NCBI GenBank assembly: GCA_963717145.1
Contig: OY970325.1
Location: 4,224,001-4,288,000 of the forward strand
Origin: an uncultured Armatimonadetes bacterium
GTDB taxonomy: Bacteria; Armatimonadota; UBA5829; DTJY01
DNA length: 64,000 bases
Reading direction: 5' to 3'
The notes beneath the pieces were generated by a model. That model searched no databases. It had not been told where the DNA came from and saw only the letters and a list, made by a program, of their open reading frames with translations. Positions 59,208 through 64,000 of the stretch are shown piece after piece. Numbering within the stretch: the stretch's first letter is position 1; every line of letters starts with the position of its first letter. The position numbers and the translations under genes were made by a program.

Positions 59208-60330
59208 GCTATGCAACAAAGCGTTCCTTCCACTTGCCGGAAAGCCTATGGTCGTCCGCACCCTCAGTATCTTTCAGGCCTGTGAGGCGGTGGACGAGAT
59301 TGTCCTGGTTGTGAATCAGGATGAGATGGATCAGGCCTCTCGGTTGGTCGATGAGCACGGAATCTCCAAGGTTTCACACGTGATCCCCGGAGGCGAGATC
59401 CGCCAGGATTCGGTCAGGAACGGCCTCACGTGCATCTCCCCGAGCGCCGAGATAGTGGCGATCCACGATGCCGCCCGTCCGCTCGTTACCCAGGAGATCA
59501 TACTCGCCTCCATAGAAGCCGCCAGGGAGAACGGCGCCGCCATCGCAGCCGTGCCTGTGGTCGATACCATCAAGTCCTCGCTCGACAGCCGATTCGTCAG
59601 CGGCACTCCCGACCGCAGCCAACTCTACTCGGTGCAAACGCCTCAGACCTTCGAGCGCAGGCTGATTGAATCGGCATACGAGCGCGCCTATGCCGATTGC
59701 TTCGTCGGCACGGACGACGCCTCGCTGGTCGAACGGCTCGGCGAGCCGGTCGCGATCGTGAGCGGCTCATACGACAACATCAAGGTCACGACTCCGCCCG
59801 ACGTGGCGACCGCTGAGGCGGTGCTGGCCGCCCGGGGGGAGAGTGAGTGTCCGTCGATGAGGATCGGCCACGGATATGACGTACACCGCTTTGCGCCCAA
59901 TCGCAGGCTCTTCCTGGGCGGGATCGAGTTCTTCGGCGAGGAAGGTCTGTACGGCCACTCGGACGCCGATGTGCCGATCCACGCCCTGATGGATGCGCTC
60001 CTCGGCGCAGTGGGGGAGCCCGACATCGGGTGTCTGTTCCCGGATACGGACCCGGCCTACCGAGATATCCGCAGCACGGAGCTTCTCGCGCGCGTGGCGC
60101 TTCGCATTGCTGAACTCGGGTGGCGTATTGCCAATGTCGATGTGACGATCATTGCAGAGCGCCCGAGGGTCGCCAAGCGCGTGCCGGAGATGCGGGAGGC
60201 GATCGCCGAGTCGCTCGCCATCTCGCCGTCGCAGGTCGGCGTGAAGGCTTCGACCGCCGAAGGGCTCGGGTTCGTCGGCCAGGGCCTCGGAATCGAATGC
60301 CACGCGGTTGCCCTTCTTTACCTCGTTTAG
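59152..60330 (+). CDS. ispDF: Bifunctional IspD/IspF
   Basis: [32 protein letters not shown]; then [20 protein letters not shown]. Confidence 0.93.
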   Translation: MTATSAIIPASGRGRRLNRLCNKAFLPLAGKPMVVRTLSIFQACEAVDEIVLVVNQDEMDQASRLVDEHGISKVSHVIPGGEIRQDSVRNGLTCISPSAEIVAIHDAARPLVTQEIILASIEAARENGAAIAAVPVVDTIKSSLDSRFVSGTPDRSQLYSVQTPQTFERRLIESAYERAYADCFVGTDDASLVERLGEPVAIVSGSYDNIKVTTPPDVATAEAVLAARGESECPSMRIGHGYDVHRFAPNRRLFLGGIEFFGEEGLYGHSDADVPIHALMDALLGAVGEPDIGCLFPDTDPAYRDIRSTELLARVALRIAELGWRIANVDVTIIAERPRVAKRVPEMREAIAESLAISPSQVGVKASTAEGLGFVGQGLGIECHAVALLYLV

Positions 60331-60514
60331 CTCCAACAATCAGCCCTCTCTGAAAACCGTTGAATCTCCGATAATCCTAAGGAGTGCCTTCACGGCACAG
60401 TATTTGTACCAGATGTAGCACGTCCCCGGGGCGTAGCATGGGCCGCCGGTGACGGCCGATGGTTCGCCCCGTCATTACCTGCACATCAAAGGATAACGGA
60501 GGATCAGCAGACAT

Positions 60515-62386
60515 ATGAAGTTTCGCGGGAGCCTTGAGTCCAGAATCTGCATTCTTACAACCGGTCTGCTCTTTGCACTGCTACTCGCTGTCGGACACGT
60601 GGAGATGTCCGGGCAGAAGTCAGCACTCATAGAGGAAAAGGTCGAGAAGTACGACGCCCTGTCCAAGATCCTCGCCCTCTCATACATGCCTCTCGGCGAG
60701 CAGAGCGACGATGCAGTGTACCGCGAGTTCACGAACCGCATCATGCGCGCGGACCGGGACATCACCTATGTCATCATCACCGACTCGAAGAACAACCCGC
60801 TGTTTGCGCTGAACAGGGAAAGCTCCGCGCAGCAGAAGAAGCGGGCCGGCATTCCGGATGTGAAGCAGCTCGCGGCATCCATCAGGCGGCTGGCGCGTCC
60901 CGGTGGGAACGAGTTCAGAACCCTGCGAGTCCCTGCGAAGATCGGACCCGGTGAGACCGGGGCCATCGCGGTCGGTTTCTCCTCCAAATCGGTCGATATC
61001 GCCGTGGAGCAGTCACAGAACCGTCTGCTGGGGACATTCGCCGCCGCGCTGCTGGTCGGGCTGCTGGGTGCGATGTCGCTGGCCAGGGCCATCACGGGTC
61101 CGCTCAGGACTCTCATCCGTGCCGCCAGCGACGTCGAGAAGGGCGACCTCGACGTCACGATTGCCATCCACTCGAAAGATGAACTCGGCGTGCTCGCGTT
61201 CGGCTTCAATCGCATGGTCATCGCCCTCAAGGAGAGCCGTGACAAGCTCATCGAGCGCGCGAATACAGACAGCCTGACCGGTCTGTACAACCACCGCCAT
61301 TTCCAGGAGCGGCTTGCCACTGAGTTAAGCCGCGCCGAGCGGTTCGGCAGACCGCTTTCGATGGTCATGCTCGACATCGACAACTTCAAGACTCTGAACG
61401 ATACCCACGGCCATCCGATCGGCGATCAGGTGCTCAAAGACGTCGCCAAGGTGCTCTGCAGCGAGGTCCGGGATATCGACGTGGTGGCCCGCTACGGCGG
61501 TGAGGAGTTCGCCCTCATACTTCCCGAGACGTCAGTCGCCGAGGCGAAGGTCGCCGCCGAGCGTGTGCGGCTGGGGGTCAAGAGGCACTGCTTCATGGGC
61601 CGAGATGAGCAGTCTCTTTCCGTTACCATCAGCCTGGGAGTCGCACAGTACCCGATCCACAGCTTGGAACGCGAAGGCCTCATCATGGCTGCCGACCTTG
61701 CGATGTATCAGGCAAAGAGCATGGGTCGCAACCGATCCGTCGCGTTCAGCAACGACATCCGTGAGGACAAGGGAAACGATCCATACAAGCTGTACCTGCT
61801 GCTCCATGCGACCGATATGAGCACGATCGAGGCGATGGCGGCGGCCGTCGATGCAAAGGGTCAGCGCTATCCCGGCTTCTCCCGCGATGTCATGAAGGAC
61901 GCCATGCGGCTTGCGGAGGAACTCGGCATGTCTGAGCAGGAGCAGGAAGCTGTTCGCATCGCCAGCCTGCTGCATGACATCGGGAAGCTCGGAATCCCGG
62001 ACAACATCCTGAACAAGGACGGCGCCTACACGGAAGAAGAGCGCCGCGTCATCAGGAGCCACGCAGCCATGGGGTACGCGATTGTGCAGAAGTCGCCACA
62101 CCTGCGCTCGATGCTTCCGGGGATACTGTACCACCACGAGTGGTGGGATGGCAGCGGCTACCCGAACTGTCTCAAGGGCCAGGATATCCCTCCGATCGCT
62201 CGGATCATCGCGGTCGTGGACGCCTACCATGCGATGATGACGCAGAGGACCCACGCGCGCACCATGAACCCCGACGAAGCTCGTGCGGAACTCCGGAAGT
62301 GCGCTGGAACTCAGTTCGATCCGGACATGGTCGAGGCTTTCATCGGCATGCTCGACCGCGATGAGTCCAAGGCGCAGGCGGCCTAG
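60515..62386 (+). CDS. HAMP + GGDEF + HD-GYP signalling protein
   Basis: 2 TM, HAMP (DELGVL..FNRM), RDIDVVARYGGEEF, LHDIGK, HHEWWDGSGYP, QFDP. Confidence 0.95.
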   Translation: MKFRGSLESRICILTTGLLFALLLAVGHVEMSGQKSALIEEKVEKYDALSKILALSYMPLGEQSDDAVYREFTNRIMRADRDITYVIITDSKNNPLFALNRESSAQQKKRAGIPDVKQLAASIRRLARPGGNEFRTLRVPAKIGPGETGAIAVGFSSKSVDIAVEQSQNRLLGTFAAALLVGLLGAMSLARAITGPLRTLIRAASDVEKGDLDVTIAIHSKDELGVLAFGFNRMVIALKESRDKLIERANTDSLTGLYNHRHFQERLATELSRAERFGRPLSMVMLDIDNFKTLNDTHGHPIGDQVLKDVAKVLCSEVRDIDVVARYGGEEFALILPETSVAEAKVAAERVRLGVKRHCFMGRDEQSLSVTISLGVAQYPIHSLEREGLIMAADLAMYQAKSMGRNRSVAFSNDIREDKGNDPYKLYLLLHATDMSTIEAMAAAVDAKGQRYPGFSRDVMKDAMRLAEELGMSEQEQEAVRIASLLHDIGKLGIPDNILNKDGAYTEEERRVIRSHAAMGYAIVQKSPHLRSMLPGILYHHEWWDGSGYPNCLKGQDIPPIARIIAVVDAYHAMMTQRTHARTMNPDEARAELRKCAGTQFDPDMVEAFIGMLDRDESKAQAA

Positions 62387-62476
62387 AACCTGGGTTAAGG
62401 GATAAGGAGTGAGGGCAAGGGGTCACGACGACAACAGAGTCATCTGACCCCTTGCCCCTTATTCCAATGAACGCCA

Positions 62477-63697
62477 CTATTTCTTCAGACAGAGCAGCAT
62501 CCCCTGGCCCGCCGCAAGCCAGCAGTCTTCGCCGCCCCATGAGCCGGTCGCCCCTGTGTAGGCGCTGACTCTATTGACCTGCCCCGGCTCCTTGAATGCC
62601 ACTCCGAACGCCGTAGAGACGTGGAGGCTCTTGTTGACCACCATGACATAGGGGACGCCGCCCGGTCCTTCGAACTCGCCAACCAGCAGATCGTCCCCGC
62701 TCACCGAGGCAAGATACTTGCTGGTCCCGATCCCTGAGCAGCCCTCCGGGACGTTCGGATGGTGGAAGACATTGACGCTCTTCAGTGTGATGTAGGTCGG
62801 CCCGAGCTTGTGAAGTTGCAGGTTCACATTTCGGAGCATGTCCCACGTCGGGGTCTTGTGCCCGAACTGGTCAATGGGCGCGAGGCGATAGTTGCCGATC
62901 TGCGGTGCGAAATACGTGAAGTAGCTGATCCCGCGCCCTCCGTAGGCTAGAGTGGTGTAGAGCTGGAATCTGAAACCGGCAGGAGTCGGTTCGGCGTACC
63001 GGAAATGAGAGTTCGAGAGCACGATGTTCCAGAACGGCAGATCATGCTTCAACGCCAACTTTCTCACTGCTTCGAGGTTCTGGTAGTATCCGCCTCTGAG
63101 CGAGCCGTCATCCATCAGGGCATAGTGGTCGTAGCTGATGAACTTAGGCTTCACCGTCTTGACGAAGGACTCCAGATACTCCTCATAGGTCGGTACGCCA
63201 AGTTGTCCGGCAGAAGCATAGTTGGGCAAGAGGTTGATGTAGGCCAGCGCTTCCGGCGCCGCTTTCCTGTAAGCATCGGCCCATCGTCCGAGCCCCGGAT
63301 AGGCCCCGGCACTCGGCTCATCGCGCAGGTAGTAGCCAAACACCGCCGGGTGCTTCGCGGTTCGCGCCACCAGCGCTTCCACCCGCTTCGCGATCTCCTT
63401 CTCGTCCAGTTGAGCTTCAGCGTCACCCACGACGTTGGTTCCCTCAATCACAAGGCATTGAAGGCCCGCCTTGCTCACCTTGTCCAGATCGTCCGGGGCT
63501 ACGAACCCCGCGAGGTTGAACCCGCAATCCCGAATCTCCTTCAGCGCGGCCTCGTCACCCGGAGTGGACCCCCAGGGAAAGATGGCAAACTCATCCGGCT
63601 TCAGCATAGTATTTCCCTCCTGCGCAGACACCCTGGACCCGTGACAACACAGCGCCAGGCAGACAGCAATGACCCACGATAGCAAAGCGAATCTCAT
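62477..63697 (-). CDS. Secreted hypothetical protein, putative glycoside hydrolase-like barrel
   Basis: Signal peptide; HPAVFGYYLRDEP, YINLLP, ISYDHY, LAYGGRGISYF. Confidence 0.75.
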   Translation of the reverse strand: MRFALLSWVIAVCLALCCHGSRVSAQEGNTMLKPDEFAIFPWGSTPGDEAALKEIRDCGFNLAGFVAPDDLDKVSKAGLQCLVIEGTNVVGDAEAQLDEKEIAKRVEALVARTAKHPAVFGYYLRDEPSAGAYPGLGRWADAYRKAAPEALAYINLLPNYASAGQLGVPTYEEYLESFVKTVKPKFISYDHYALMDDGSLRGGYYQNLEAVRKLALKHDLPFWNIVLSNSHFRYAEPTPAGFRFQLYTTLAYGGRGISYFTYFAPQIGNYRLAPIDQFGHKTPTWDMLRNVNLQLHKLGPTYITLKSVNVFHHPNVPEGCSGIGTSKYLASVSGDDLLVGEFEGPGGVPYVMVVNKSLHVSTAFGVAFKEPGQVNRVSAYTGATGSWGGEDCWLAAGQGMLLCLKK

Positions 63698-63839
63698 GCA
63701 AACACTCCTCACAACACCATCACCTCTCACCTTCTCATTCCCACGGCCGTCATTCCTCCTCCAAGCAGGAATCGGTACGCATCCGACGTAACAGTATCAC
63801 GAACTTGCGCACCATCATTCTTGTTCCACGGAGGATGCC

Positions 63840-64000
63840 ATGAAACGGATTAGCCTATGGATCGTCATATTCCTGCTGGCCGGCTCTCTGCTCTCGTGCA
63901 GTAAGCAGGGGAGCAACGTCCCCGCAGTCGCGTTCGTCACGAACAACGTATCGGACTTCTGGAAGATCGCGAAGGCCGGAGTGAGTGCCGGCGAGAAGGA
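63840..64000 (+). CDS. Sugar ABC transporter substrate-binding lipoprotein (runs off window end)
   Basis: MKRISLWIVIFLLAGSLLLSC lipobox-like, VAFVTNNVSDFWKIAKAG. Confidence 0.75.
   Translation, partial: MKRISLWIVIFLLAGSLLSCSKQGSNVPAVAFVTNNVSDFWKIAKAGVSAGEK

Noticed and set aside
60345-60375. Sigma28 promoter (CCGATAA) upstream of the GGDEF gene
   Set aside because: No properly spaced TAAA -35 element.

Overview
High-GC bacterial chromosomal window. Gene content and a recurring lineage-type secreted domain suggest Armatimonadota (inference). In order it holds: a Wzx/Wzy polysaccharide cluster, a hicBA toxin-antitoxin pair, efp-accB-accC-nusB-folD, an AbrB-led TolC/ABC/LolA/RND export operon, two orphan response regulators, mfd, ftsB-like, pyk, eno, large secreted proteins, two STAS proteins, a nuoABCD fragment, yacL-ispDF and a HAMP-GGDEF-HD-GYP protein. 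Palindromic (REP-like) and short tandem repeats are abundant, and two lie in-frame inside genes. At least seven single-base indels split otherwise intact genes and are most likely sequencing errors. The standout is 45304-48887 (-): an ECF sigma factor translationally coupled to a ~1,000-aa single-chain miniature RpoB-RpoC fusion. By manual motif comparison it keeps the two-barrel catalytic core (FEDG, GDK..RHGAKG, NRSP, NGDFDGD, bridge helix) but lacks the flap, beta' zinc finger and trigger loop. Just upstream are a degenerate RelA/SpoT-domain gene and a small partner ORF.
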